The position numbers were made by a program, and so were the translations under genes. Source: an uncultured cyanobacterium (lineage in GTDB: Bacteria > Cyanobacteriota > Cyanobacteriia > Leptolyngbyales > Leptolyngbyaceae). From it: a stretch of DNA of 40,713 nucleotides. Shown here piece after piece: positions 29,478-39,319 of the stretch (the first letter of the stretch is position 1; every line of letters begins with the position of its first letter). The stretch is taken from contig CAVYAN010000095.1 in assembly GCA_963766075.1 (NCBI GenBank), positions 1 to 40,713 of the forward strand, in the 5' to 3' direction. Below the pieces are notes generated by a model that was not told the origin of the DNA, made no database searches, and worked only from the letters and a program-made list of their open reading frames with translations.

Positions 29478-31239
29478 TTAGTGCTTGGATGCGGGACGGG
29501 ATGCCGATGGCGGGGACAGAGCCGGGACGGACTGAGGCTGGCCCCAAATGACTTGTTCCTGCTTGTAGATCACCATGCCGGGTTTGGCCCCTTTAGGTTT
29601 GTAGACATGCTTGGGTTTGGTATAAATTACGGGGACCTGTTCGCTGTGACGCGCCCGACTGTGGTGGGCCGCTAGATTCGCCACAAATTGCAGGTCGGTG
29701 GGATCGGCCACGGATCCGGCAGGCAGGCGCAGGAGTACATGGCTACCGGGTATTTCCTGGCTGTGGAACCAGAGGTCGTAGTCGCTGGCTGTCCGAAACG
29801 TGAGGGTGTCATTCTGGCGGTTGTTGCGGCCCACTAGCACTTCAAAGCCGCCGGGTGTTTGGTAGCGGTAGGGATGGCTGGTGGCATCCTCTTTGCTCGG
29901 GGGACGATAGTCGGGGGCATCCAGATACTGCTGCTGAATCAGTTCGTCACGAATTTCGGCGAGGGCATCCAGGTCATCGGGGGTCTGGTAGATAAGTGAG
30001 TTCTGCGATTGCGGCTTCCACCTGCTCCAAATACTGAATTTCCGCATCCACCTCGGCCAACAGGGGGACTACCGCCAACTTGGCCCGCTTTAGCTTCTGG
30101 TGGGTTTTGTAGAGTTTTTGGGCATTTTGGACGGCATTTTTCTCCGGCTCTAAGCGAATTTGGGTGGGTGCGCCGGAATGAAAGTCGGGCAGCACAAGGC
30201 TGGTGAGGCCGGGTTGCCACTGGTGTAGGTTGGCCATCAACAGGTCTGCCTGCTCCCGGTAGCGATCGGCGTCGGCGGACTGGGCGAGGCGATCGCGGAA
30301 GGTGTTGCCCTTCAGCCGCAGCTTGGTTAACAGGTTCAGCAGCCGCTGAGTCAGTTGGTTGCGCAGTTGGATAAAATTCTGCTGATTTAATTGATCTCGA
30401 TAGTACTCCTGGATTAAAGCCTGGAGATTCGTGACGGATTGGGTGTGGCCCCAGCCCAGCACTGTGTACCCCTGAGCCGTCCATCCCGGCTGAAAGGATT
30501 CGGTTTGGAGGGCGTGCAGCCATTCCTGCCATCGCTGAAATAGCCGCTCCCAATCAGGTTGGCCCAGGCTATCCGTGGACTGATCGGGATCCAGTCCGGC
30601 GCTTTGGACCATGGCGATCGCTAAGGCCGAACTCAGGCCGCGATAGGTTTTGGTCAAATTGCGCTTCAGGTGATCCGGAATTAACCCCACCCGCTCCTGC
30701 CAGCGGGCTAAGGTTTCCTCCAGGCTGGGGGTGGGATTGGTTAGAATCGGTGGAATTTCGTAGGTATTGCCTGTCTGAATGGGACGCACGCTGGACTGCT
30801 GCGCACTGACTTGGTGGGCCGCGGTGACAATCACGTGGTCTTGGTTGGCCAGAATGACGTTGCTGTACTTGCCCATGATCTCGACATAGAGGTGCCATAG
30901 CACTGGATCTCCGGGGCGCTGGCTAAATTGCAGGTCAATGACCCGCTCCCAGGGGGCAATGGGTGTGATGCTGACTAGCGCTAAATTGCGTAACTGATGT
31001 CGAATTTGGTCGCTAAAGGTGAAGGTGTCGGCGGTTTTCGGAGGAGGATCGCCCATGCAAAGATGGGCGGCTTGGGGGTGCCATGAAAGGGTTAACCAGC
31101 CACGTTGGTTTAAGGTTCTTAATCCTAAAAACAGGGTGTGGCGATCGCGCTGAAATGCCTGCTCTAATCGGGCTGGCAGCCATTCACGACGGATCTCCGC
31201 GCAGATTGCCGTCAGCGTTGTTAAATCTATAGGTTGCAA
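29478..31239 (-). CDS. rqcH: NFACT/Rqc2 (FbpA-like) ribosome quality-control protein, with a +1 frameshift near 29993
   Basis: N-part has LYVEIMGKYSNVIL and NAQKLYK; C-part has VGRNNRQND, WFHSQEIPGSHV and KPKGAKPGMVIY. Removing one base joins ELT to IYQTPDD. Confidence 0.88.
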
Positions 31240-31424
31240 GGTGAAAAAATTGCGATAATTTTACTGAGCTGCGAAAAAAAGTGTGGCTTTGCTCCAGAGA
31301 TCTGGATGCCCTGACGCTGGATGCCCTACCGCTGAAATCCTACCGCTGCTGCTTATGATCGGATTCCGTTGTGTTGATGCTGTTGGCTCCATATCCCTCT
31401 ACCCCCAGATCGAGTTTGCCCCCT

Positions 31425-31694
31425 ATGGAAATTAAGCTGATCAACATCGGATTCGGGAATATCGTTTCCGCTGGTCGTGTTGTGGCGATCGTGAGTCCGG
31501 AGTCTGCACCCATCAAGCGTATCATCAGCGATGCACGCGATGGTAAGCAGTTAATCGATGCTACCTATGGCCGCCGTACCCGTGCGGTGATCATCACCGA
31601 CTCAGGGCATGTGATTTTATCGGCGATCCAGCCAGAAACGGTGGCCAATCGGTTTATGACGGCCAAGGATGGTCATGGCGGCGAGAATGCTTAG
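31425..31694 (+). CDS. remA: RemA/DUF370-family protein
   Basis: [28 protein letters not shown]...[11 protein letters not shown]; lies upstream of gmk as expected. Confidence 0.9.
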   Translation: MEIKLINIGFGNIVSAGRVVAIVSPESAPIKRIISDARDGKQLIDATYGRRTRAVIITDSGHVILSAIQPETVANRFMTAKDGHGGENA

Positions 31695-31856
31695 CCGCAT
31701 CCGGGTTCACCGCATTCTGCGTAAGGGTTTATACTGAGTTTTCAGCGATTTCCCTAGGCAGTCGGTGGAATCGGCAAGATAGCTCTTGCCATATCGTACC
31801 AATCGGCATGACAATCGAGTATCCACTGATTCACTATTGAAAGCAGGAAGGGTGTA

Positions 31857-32420
31857 ATGGCAAAAGGTGAACTTATTGTCTTAACGGGTCCCAGTGGTGT
31901 TGGCAAAGGCACCTTGCTGCGATCGCTGCTGCAACGGCACCCGGAATTTTTTCTGTCGATTTCGATGACAACGCGATCGCCGCGCCCTGGGGAAATTGAC
32001 GGATTGCACTACTACTTTGTCGATCGCCCGCAGTTTGAGCGGATGGTGGCCAAGGGAGAACTGCTGGAGTGGGCAGAGTTTGCGGGGAACTGCTACGGTA
32101 CACCCCGTGCTCCGCTGGAAGCGCAGATTCGCCAAGGCCATTCCGTGATTCTGGAAATTGAGCTAGAAGGGGCCCGCCAAGTCCGGCGCAGCTTCCCAGA
32201 GGCTATCCAGATTTTCCTACTGCCGCCGTCAATGCTGGAGCTGGAATATCGGATTCGCAGTCGCGGCCAAGACAGTGAGGCCGCGATCGAACGTCGCCTG
32301 CAACGGGCCCAGGAAGAGGTGAATGCAGCGGATGAATTTGATGTTCAAATCGTGAATGATGATCTGGACAAAGCGCTCAACCGCATCGAAGCCGCGCTGT
32401 GTGCGACCGCGGCTTGCTAG
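31857..32420 (+). CDS. gmk: Guanylate kinase
   Basis: [31 protein letters not shown] and LEIELEGA. Confidence 0.97.
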   Translation: MAKGELIVLTGPSGVGKGTLLRSLLQRHPEFFLSISMTTRSPRPGEIDGLHYYFVDRPQFERMVAKGELLEWAEFAGNCYGTPRAPLEAQIRQGHSVILEIELEGARQVRRSFPEAIQIFLLPPSMLELEYRIRSRGQDSEAAIERRLQRAQEEVNAADEFDVQIVNDDLDKALNRIEAALCATAAC

Positions 32421-32547
32421 GCGCAGGGGGCGGTCGTGGGGGCTAGCCGTTTGGCAGTCCGCGTTGCGACTTTGCGTTGCCACAGGGGTTGCACCCTGCT
32501 GCCCCCGACTATTTTTGATGGCTGTCGCGTTGCCTAGCCCCTGCCTG

Positions 32548-33024
32548 CTACAGGAATCCCAATAAGCTGAAAATAAACAGCAGGCCAAAGGCAAAGGCCG
32601 CACCCCCCATTCCCCCGACTAAAAAGCCATTGGCGAAGCTGTTCCAACCGAGGGCACTGGTGAAGGCGTCAGGGGCCGCAGGCACGGTCGCCACGGGCGG
32701 GACTGGATCGGCAGCGGCGTAGAAGGAGAGGCAGAGGGTGGCGATCGCAACCATGGCGATCGTTGAGAGTAATCCGGCGACCCCGGCGATCGCGGTACCC
32801 CGAAACGGCCCTAAGAGCAAGAACGGTCCCAAGAGCCAGTAGCCATGAGCCATGCCAATCTCTAAACCGCGTCGCCAAGCCGTTAGGCCGGGGCGATAGG
32901 CTGGTAGGTTGCTCAGATACCATAGCGTGAGGCCCGAGGCATTCACGGGGGTGGCGAGATTGCCAACGAGCGGATCACCTCCAGCAGAAACCATCTCTTT
33001 GGATCTGGACTTACTTTTTTGCAT
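32548..33024 (-). CDS. psaL: Photosystem I subunit XI (PsaL)
   Basis: GNLATPVNAS, NLPAYRPGL, RRGLEIGMAHGYWLLGPF and GW..FA.GFLVGGMGG. Start at 33024 or 32994. Confidence 0.93.
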   Translation of the reverse strand: MQKSKSRSKEMVSAGGDPLVGNLATPVNASGLTLWYLSNLPAYRPGLTAWRRGLEIGMAHGYWLLGPFLLLGPFRGTAIAGVAGLLSTIAMVAIATLCLSFYAAADPVPPVATVPAAPDAFTSALGWNSFANGFLVGGMGGAAFAFGLLFIFSLLGFL

Positions 33025-33218
33025 GGTTTCTAGGCTCCTAAAATTGCCTTTTTACTGTACCAAGATTTTGATAAAGCCTGCTCCGGGGCTCTGTCCCAGT
33101 TGTGCCAGGTGTTTCTGGAACCTTGGGCCGCTCATCACCCAAGGCGCTCTCATAACCCTCTCATAAACCAAGGTGCTCTCATAAACCAAGCTACTCTCCT
33201 GAACCAAAGCCGCCATGC

Positions 33219-33250
33219 AAAAAGCCTCCTAACTGACGGGTTAGGAGGCT
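33219..33250 (-). terminator. Rho-independent terminator of rpsD
   Basis: 11-bp stem AGCCTCCTAAC/GTTAGGAGGCT, 6-nt loop, followed by a U5 tract on the - strand. Confidence 0.8.
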
Positions 33251-33317
33251 AAATTCAAGATTAGTTAATGCCGCGGAATCCTTGAATAAAAAAGTTACAG
33301 GGTGGGTGAACCGAGAA

Positions 33318-33926
33318 TTACGCTTGTCTGGAGTAGTACTCAACCACGAGTAGTTCGTTGATTTGCAGAGCGACCCACTCGCGCTCAACTACGCCATTGA
33401 CCTTGCCTTCCAGTTTGTTTTTGTCAAACTCAAGGTGGCTAGGCAGGTTGGCCAAGCCAGGGTACTGGAGATTGGCTTGTACGAGCTTGCGGGACTGGTC
33501 GCGATCGCGTACTCCAATGACTTCACCCGGACGGCACTGGAAGCTGGCGACATCCACCACGCGACCATTCACCGTCACGTGGCCGTGGTTGACCAATTGC
33601 CGAGCAGCGGGAATGGTGGGAGCCATGCCCATCCGAAACACGGTATTGTCCAACCGCATTTCTAGCAGTTGCAGAATGACCTGTCCAGTAGAACCAGCCG
33701 CCCGACGAGCTTTACGAACATAACGCAACATTTGACGCTCGGTAACGCCATAGTTAAAGCGCAGCTTTTGCTTTTCTTCTAAACGGATGGCGTATTCAGA
33801 ACGCTTTTTGCGTTCTTGACCATGTTGACCTGGGGGATAAGCCCGACGCGCCGATTTACGAGTCAGACCGGGCAAATCGCCTAAACGGCGGACAATCCGA
33901 AGACGCGGACCACGATATCGCGACAT
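33318..33926 (-). CDS. rpsD: 30S ribosomal protein S4
   Basis: [40 protein letters not shown] and LVVEYYSR. Confidence 0.99.
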   Translation of the reverse strand: MSRYRGPRLRIVRRLGDLPGLTRKSARRAYPPGQHGQERKKRSEYAIRLEEKQKLRFNYGVTERQMLRYVRKARRAAGSTGQVILQLLEMRLDNTVFRMGMAPTIPAARQLVNHGHVTVNGRVVDVASFQCRPGEVIGVRDRDQSRKLVQANLQYPGLANLPSHLEFDKNKLEGKVNGVVEREWVALQINELLVVEYYSRQA

Positions 33927-34112
33927 TGAACTTCCTCTTGATTGATCGAAAAATAAAGTAGACAGCCGATCTCAGAGTATACGATTTAAAGGCAGACAAG
34001 GCAAAGGAAATTTTGGATTTTGGCGGGGGAGAGGATTCGGGTGGTCCCTTGGGGCTGAGACTGTACGGTAGAGTGGGGCGATGCGGCAGAGTGATGCGGT
34101 GGGGCTAGAGCG

Positions 34113-34367
34113 ATGAAGGTGGTGCTGTTGGGGCTGATTCGGAGTTATCAAGTTTTCATTTCGCCGCTGTTACCTCCGGCCTGTCGGTTTCAGCCGACTT
34201 GTTCCCAGTATGCTTTGGAGGCGATCGCCCGCTTTGGGCCGCTGCAAGGCAGTTGGCTAGCCACCCGTCGGATTTGTCGCTGCCACCCTTGGCATCCGGG
34301 TGGGTTTGATCCGGTGCCGCCGCTTCCGGGTGCTGCCGGAAGTGCCAGGGAAATAGAGAACGACTAA
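34113..34367 (+). CDS. yidD: Membrane protein insertion efficiency factor YidD
   Basis: [11 protein letters not shown]...[17 protein letters not shown]. Confidence 0.95.
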   Translation: MKVVLLGLIRSYQVFISPLLPPACRFQPTCSQYALEAIARFGPLQGSWLATRRICRCHPWHPGGFDPVPPLPGAAGSAREIEND

Positions 34368-34446
34368 AGAAGAAAGACGAAAAAATGGGTAGTGCTGTAG
34401 AGGGGCGGATGAGCCGCAGGCGGGCACGGGGAAAAGGTGGTGAGCG

Positions 34447-35637
34447 TTAGAGCCGTTGCCACTGGAGTGCTCCGGTACCAGTCTGATGCCAGCGGAGTAG
34501 GTGGGCAGGCTGGTGGATGTAATCGGGAGATAGCCCGATCGCCGTGCGGGGGGCTTGGGTGGCCAGGGCGATCGCCGTGGGGATCGAGCAAATTCCCCAT
34601 TTGACTAAATTTTGAACGCCAACGAGGAGGGGCAGCGTGGTGCCGGATAGGGTGCCATCAGGCAGGCGGGCTGTTCCCCGTTTCACCTCAATTTGGCGAC
34701 TGTCCCAGGGATAGTCGCCATCGGGGAGCCCTAGGGGGGCGAGGGCATCGCTGACCAGAAAAACCCTGGACTGAGGCTGACTGGGATCACCCGAGCTGCT
34801 GGGATCCTGGGTGGCCCGCAGCAGGATATCAATCATCATCGGGGCGACATGCTGGCCATCGGCGATGAGGCCGCAGTGGACCTGAGGCTGAGTGATGGCG
34901 GCCCCGAGCAGGCCGGGTTCGCGGTGGTGTAAGGGGGGCATGGCGTTAAAGGCGTGGGTAATCATCGTGGCCCCCTGGGCAAAGGCGGTTTGGGCTTGGG
35001 CGGCGGTGGCTAGGGAATGCCCCAGACTGACGGTAATGCCCTGAGATCGCAAATAGGGAATGACTGTGCCGGTGGGATCCATCTCGGGTGCAAGAGTCAT
35101 GACTTTGACCAAGCGGGTATGGTCTCCTAGCACTTGCTTCACTCGGTCCATCGTCAGGGGCAGCAGGTAGTCCTGGGGATGGGCACCGCGTTTTTGGGAA
35201 TTGAGAAAGGGGCCTTCCAGGTGTACGCCCAAAATGGTAGCGGTGTCCGAGGGCAGGCTCATCTCTTGAAACTGGGCAATCGCTGCCAGCGATCGCTGAA
35301 TATTTTCCATCGAAGTGGTGACAATCGTCGGTAAGAAGCCATCAATGCCTTGTTCCCAAAGGTATTGGCCAATTCTCAGCATTTGGTCGCCGTGGTCTGG
35401 GTGCAATTCCGGGAAAGGCAACCCCAATGCGCCGTTAATTTGCAAATCAATTCCGCCCAGAGAAATCCAGTCGCCGCCGACATCCAGACTGGGGCGATCG
35501 CTCTGATTTCTGCTCGCTGCTGCGGGAGGTGATGGCATAGGTACGATCGCCGCGATCTGACCCTGCTGGATATCAATCTGCTGCTGGCCAGGGAAACCGG
35601 GGACTTGCGCGTTGTGGATCAATAAATCGTTTAGCAT
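34447..35637 (-). CDS. nagA: N-acetylglucosamine-6-phosphate deacetylase
   Basis: [42 protein letters not shown] and VSDA. Confidence 0.95.
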   Translation of the reverse strand: MLNDLLIHNAQVPGFPGQQQIDIQQGQIAAIVPMPSPPAAASRNQSDRPSLDVGGDWISLGGIDLQINGALGLPFPELHPDHGDQMLRIGQYLWEQGIDGFLPTIVTTSMENIQRSLAAIAQFQEMSLPSDTATILGVHLEGPFLNSQKRGAHPQDYLLPLTMDRVKQVLGDHTRLVKVMTLAPEMDPTGTVIPYLRSQGITVSLGHSLATAAQAQTAFAQGATMITHAFNAMPPLHHREPGLLGAAITQPQVHCGLIADGQHVAPMMIDILLRATQDPSSSGDPSQPQSRVFLVSDALAPLGLPDGDYPWDSRQIEVKRGTARLPDGTLSGTTLPLLVGVQNLVKWGICSIPTAIALATQAPRTAIGLSPDYIHQPAHLLRWHQTGTGALQWQRL

Positions 35638-35675
35638 GGCGGGAGGCAGAATGGGCGTGTAGTGTGGATTTTCCT

Positions 35676-36194
35676 ATGACTGAGGCACAAGTGGGCATTA
35701 TTATGGGCAGCGATTCGGATCTGCCCACGATGCAGGCGGCGATCGCCGTGTGTGAAGAATTTGGGGTGCCCTGTGACGTGGGCATTGTCTCGGCCCATCG
35801 CACCCCGGAACGGATGGTGGACTATGCCCAGCAGGCGCATGTCCGGGGCTTAAAAGTAATTATTGCCGGGGCTGGGGGCGCTGCTCATTTACCGGGCATG
35901 GTGGCGGCTCTCACACCGCTGCCGGTGATTGGCGTGCCCGTGGCGAGTCGGCATTTGCAGGGCGTGGATTCCCTGTATTCGATTGTGCAAATGCCAGCGG
36001 GGATTCCTGTAGCAACGGTGGCGATCGGGAATGCCCACAACGCGGGGTTGCTGGCCGTGCAAATTCTGGCCACCCAGGATCCCCACCTGTTGGCACGGGT
36101 GCAGCAGTATCGCCAGAATTTGCGTGATCAGGTGATGAAAAAGCAGGAGAAACTCGCCGCCGTGGGCTATCGGGCCTATCTCAGCGAAGGTTAG
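35676..36194 (+). CDS. purE: N5-CAIR mutase
   Basis: [26 protein letters not shown] and [14 protein letters not shown]. Confidence 0.98.
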   Translation: MTEAQVGIIMGSDSDLPTMQAAIAVCEEFGVPCDVGIVSAHRTPERMVDYAQQAHVRGLKVIIAGAGGAAHLPGMVAALTPLPVIGVPVASRHLQGVDSLYSIVQMPAGIPVATVAIGNAHNAGLLAVQILATQDPHLLARVQQYRQNLRDQVMKKQEKLAAVGYRAYLSEG

Positions 36195-36339
36195 GGTAAT
36201 TTCTAAAACAGAAAACGCCCTTTGCCCACTCTACTCTGAGGCTAAGCTTGTTATTAGCAGCTCAGCCCTCAAAATCCTTGCACGTGGTTTTTGAGGCTAT
36301 CTGCAAACTCGAAAACACCCAGACTCTGATCCGTGAGGC

Positions 36340-36467
36340 AATTGACAATGGGAGTTTTTGCCTTTTTCAGATAAATTTAGAAGTCCAGAAACCCGTGCTA
36401 GCAGGGGAACACATTTCCGGAGCTAGATTTTTCTGCCCAAAAGGGTGACATGCCCCCATTGTCAATT
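36340..36467. mobile_element. Possible 128-bp MITE-like element
   Basis: 13-bp perfect inverted ends AATTGACAATGGG / CCCATTGTCAATT; no clear target-site duplication. Confidence 0.4.
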
Positions 36468-36571
36468 AACTGGCACAAGTTCTTAGCTACGCTACTTGTA
36501 GCGGATAGATAATGTTCTTGCCACTGCGGTAGCGTTTTCGGAGAATGTGTCAATCAATTAGAGGGATCGTT

Positions 36572-36760
36572 CTGATTGACTGACAAATCTCTTGAACACC
36601 CCGCCCACAAAGGGCTTTAGTCTTTCCGACGGCCATGCCCTGAAAGCTACTGCTGGAATAGACTTTGGGGATCTACCAAGTAACCTGAAATCGACCAAAA
36701 TCAACCTAAAGCCGAAACCTTTACACAGTGGACTTTTCAGGACTTTTGTCAGTCAACCAG
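36572..36760. mobile_element. 189-bp MITE, copy 1
   Basis: Ends CTGATTGACTGACAAA / TTTGTCAGTCAACCAG (15/16 inverted match); flanks GGGATCGTT / GGGAGCGTT (8/9 TSD); near-identical second copy at 38669. Confidence 0.85.
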
Positions 36761-36892
36761 GGGAGCGTTCCAAGGTGTCTATGGTTTTGGGCTGGAGAAA
36801 GTAGTAAATTTTGGCTGTAGCTTGTCAGCAATAGTTCTATAACCTTTACTACAAGCTAAAATGTCATTAGGCTATCCTCTGTAGGATGAGAT

Positions 36893-38023
36893 ATGGGACT
36901 TCAAGAAGAGCTTGACAATAAGAGAAAAGAGATTAGAACTGACTCCTATTCGATGTCAGTTGGCGAGCTAATAAACTTATATGAGAACCGAGAAATTGAG
37001 ATTCACCCTGAATTTCAGCGTTTTTTTCGATGGTCTCCAACGCAAAAAACAAGGTTTATTGAATCTCTTTTGATCGGTTTGCCAATTCCACAAGTTTTTG
37101 TATCACAACGTGAAGATGGGGTTTGGGATGTTGTAGATGGACTACAACGGCTCTCAACCATTTATGAATTTGCTGGCGTATTACGTGGTGAAAATGAGAA
37201 AGTTAAGCCTCCTTTAATACTTGAATTGGTAGATTCATTACCTTCTTTGCTGGGTAAGAAATGGGATGATTCATCTGATTTTGAGAATTCATTGAATCAG
37301 ACTCAACGCCTTCTGATTAAGAGGGCGAAGATTGATGTGGCTATCCTTAAGCAGGAAAGCGATCCAATGGCTAAGTATGAGCTTTTCCAAAGACTGAATA
37401 CTGGAGGCTCAATAGCTACTGATCAAGAAATTAGGAATTGTCTATTAATCATGTCGAATAGAGATGTATATCACTGGCTAAGAAATTTAAGTCAGAACGA
37501 TGCATTTCAATCATGCATATCTTTATCTGATAAGGCACGACAAGAGCAGTATGACTTAGAACTTCTCCTTAGATTTCTGATTTTTCGTAATATGAGTGAA
37601 GAAATTCTTGGAAAAATCCCTTATAAAGAGATAAGTGACTTTATAACTCGTTGGACGATTGACTTTTCTGACAGTTCAGAAATGAATTATGAGGAAGAGG
37701 AGTCTGCATTCAAAGTAACATTCGGAATTTTATCCAATCGTTTAGGAGAAAATTGCTTCCGAAAGTATAACCATCAAAAGAGTAAGTTTATGGGTGGTTT
37801 CCTGGTTTCTGCATTTGAAGCCGTCGCTTTAGGATTAGGTTATCACTACGAACAATATGTAAAATTAGACAATACCCAAATTAATATCTTAGATAAAGTT
37901 AAAATGCTTTGGGAAGACACTAGATTCATCTCATCCTTGGGTGGTTCGCCTGGTGGTAGCATTAATACCAGAAGAAGAATTCAGAATATTCTCCCCGTTG
38001 GGCGTGAGTTGTTTCAAGTATGA
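36893..38023 (+). CDS. DUF262 (ParB/Srx-like, GmrSD N-terminal type) protein
   Basis: PEFQRFFRW, FIESLLIGLPIP, VVDGLQRLST and LFQRLNTGG; AT-rich coding sequence. Confidence 0.88.
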   Translation: MGLQEELDNKRKEIRTDSYSMSVGELINLYENREIEIHPEFQRFFRWSPTQKTRFIESLLIGLPIPQVFVSQREDGVWDVVDGLQRLSTIYEFAGVLRGENEKVKPPLILELVDSLPSLLGKKWDDSSDFENSLNQTQRLLIKRAKIDVAILKQESDPMAKYELFQRLNTGGSIATDQEIRNCLLIMSNRDVYHWLRNLSQNDAFQSCISLSDKARQEQYDLELLLRFLIFRNMSEEILGKIPYKEISDFITRWTIDFSDSSEMNYEEEESAFKVTFGILSNRLGENCFRKYNHQKSKFMGGFLVSAFEAVALGLGYHYEQYVKLDNTQINILDKVKMLWEDTRFISSLGGSPGGSINTRRRIQNILPVGRELFQV

Positions 38024-38667
38024 CGACTATACGTACTTTAGAACAACTTAGTGATAATCTTGCAGCAGATTTGGTATGGCGTAAAAAGGAACTGGCTGAC
38101 TTGAAATCACTTATAGAAACTTCCAAGATTGCATCGAGTAAAGAAAAAGCGCTTCTCCGTAGTGGAATCACCATTCTATATGCTCATTGGGAAGGCTTTG
38201 TAAAAGCCGCTGCAGCTTACTACTTGGAATATATCGCAATGAAACGGCTTCGATATAATGAGTTATCTAGTAACTTTGTAGCACTTTCACTTAAAGCTAA
38301 ATTAAGCCAAGTAAATGAAACTAATAAAGCAACTATTTTCACAGAGGCAATAGATTTCATTCGCTCGCAACTTGAGGAACGTAGCTCTGTTCCGTACAAG
38401 GACGTTGTGCAAACTGGCTCAAACCTCTCCTCTTCGATTTTTCGAGAAATAACTTGTATTCTTGGCTTAGATTATTCATTCTACGAAACAAAACAAGTGC
38501 TAATTGATGAAAAGCTTTTGGCTAGGAGAAATAACATTGCACATGGTGAATATTTAATCTTAGATAAGGAAGACTATCTTGAATTACACTCACAAGTGAT
38601 AAACATGATGGATACATTTCGTAATCAAATTGAGAACTGTGCAACTTGTGAGAGCTACCGTTGTTGA
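38020..38667 (+). CDS. HEPN-domain putative RNase (MAE_28990/MAE_18760-like)
   Basis: DLVWRKKEL, LYAHWEGFVK, SNL and the Rx4H motif RNNIAHGE; ATGA overlap with the DUF262 gene. Confidence 0.82.
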   Translation: MTTIRTLEQLSDNLAADLVWRKKELADLKSLIETSKIASSKEKALLRSGITILYAHWEGFVKAAAAYYLEYIAMKRLRYNELSSNFVALSLKAKLSQVNETNKATIFTEAIDFIRSQLEERSSVPYKDVVQTGSNLSSSIFREITCILGLDYSFYETKQVLIDEKLLARRNNIAHGEYLILDKEDYLELHSQVINMMDTFRNQIENCATCESYRC

Positions 38668-38668
38668 C

Positions 38669-38857
38669 CTGATTGACTGACAAATCTCTTGAACACCCCG
38701 CCCATGAAGGGCTTCAGTCTTTCCGGCGACCATGTCCTGAAAGCTACTGCTGGAAAAGACTTTGGGGATATACCAAGCAACCTGAAATCGACCAAAATCA
38801 ACCTAAAGCCGAAACCTTTACACAGTGGGCTTTTCAGGACTTTTGTCAGTCAGCCAG
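38669..38857. mobile_element. 189-bp MITE, copy 2
   Basis: Same TIRs (14/16); perfect 9-bp TSD GTTGTTGAC at 38660-38668 and 38858-38866; 11 substitutions and no indels relative to copy 1 by manual alignment. Confidence 0.9.
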
Positions 38858-38893
38858 GTTGTTGACAGTAATTTTTGTGAAAAGAGTTATCAC

Positions 38894-38935
38894 AACTCTA
38901 AATTTGTTGTAGGAAACTCTAAATTTGTTGTAGGA
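38894..38935 (+). repeat. Perfect 21-bp tandem duplication
   Basis: AACTCTAAATTTGTTGTAGGA x2. Confidence 0.9.
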
Positions 38936-39319
38936 ATCAGCGTAAAAAATCTCCACCGTGAGTAACAGGCTAATAACCCTATTTCAGGGGATGGTGCAGA
39001 ATATCTGGGTAGTGATGCAAAGGCTATCGGGAGCATATCACCTTAGCAATAAGTATAAATGCTCAGGCGTAAAGCCAGGTATTTCAGCCTTATGATCTGG
39101 GACTCTGCTGGAATTTTCAAGCCTGTTTATGGTGTCAACTTTGGCTTAAAGCCCTAGAACTGAGTGGCTAAATCCCTAAGTATAATTGCTTGTTGTAAGG
39201 TTGAGATGCTCCTAAGGCTATCTGCTGCTCCTGAATACCAAAACTCTACCTGGAGTGACTACTCAGTCTAAAGATTTCTGCATCTAAATAAAGATTCCTG
39301 AATCCAAAAGCCAAAACCG

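Noticed and set aside
36572..38857. A composite transposon that delivered the DUF262-HEPN cassette as one unit
   Set aside because: Each MITE has its own distinct TSD and the outer flanks (GGGATCGTT vs GTTGTTGAC) do not match, which indicates independent insertions.
36592..38912. Small ORFs 36592-36804 and 38673-38912
   Set aside because: They lie mostly within the MITE copies, use different frames in the two copies and show no transposase motifs.
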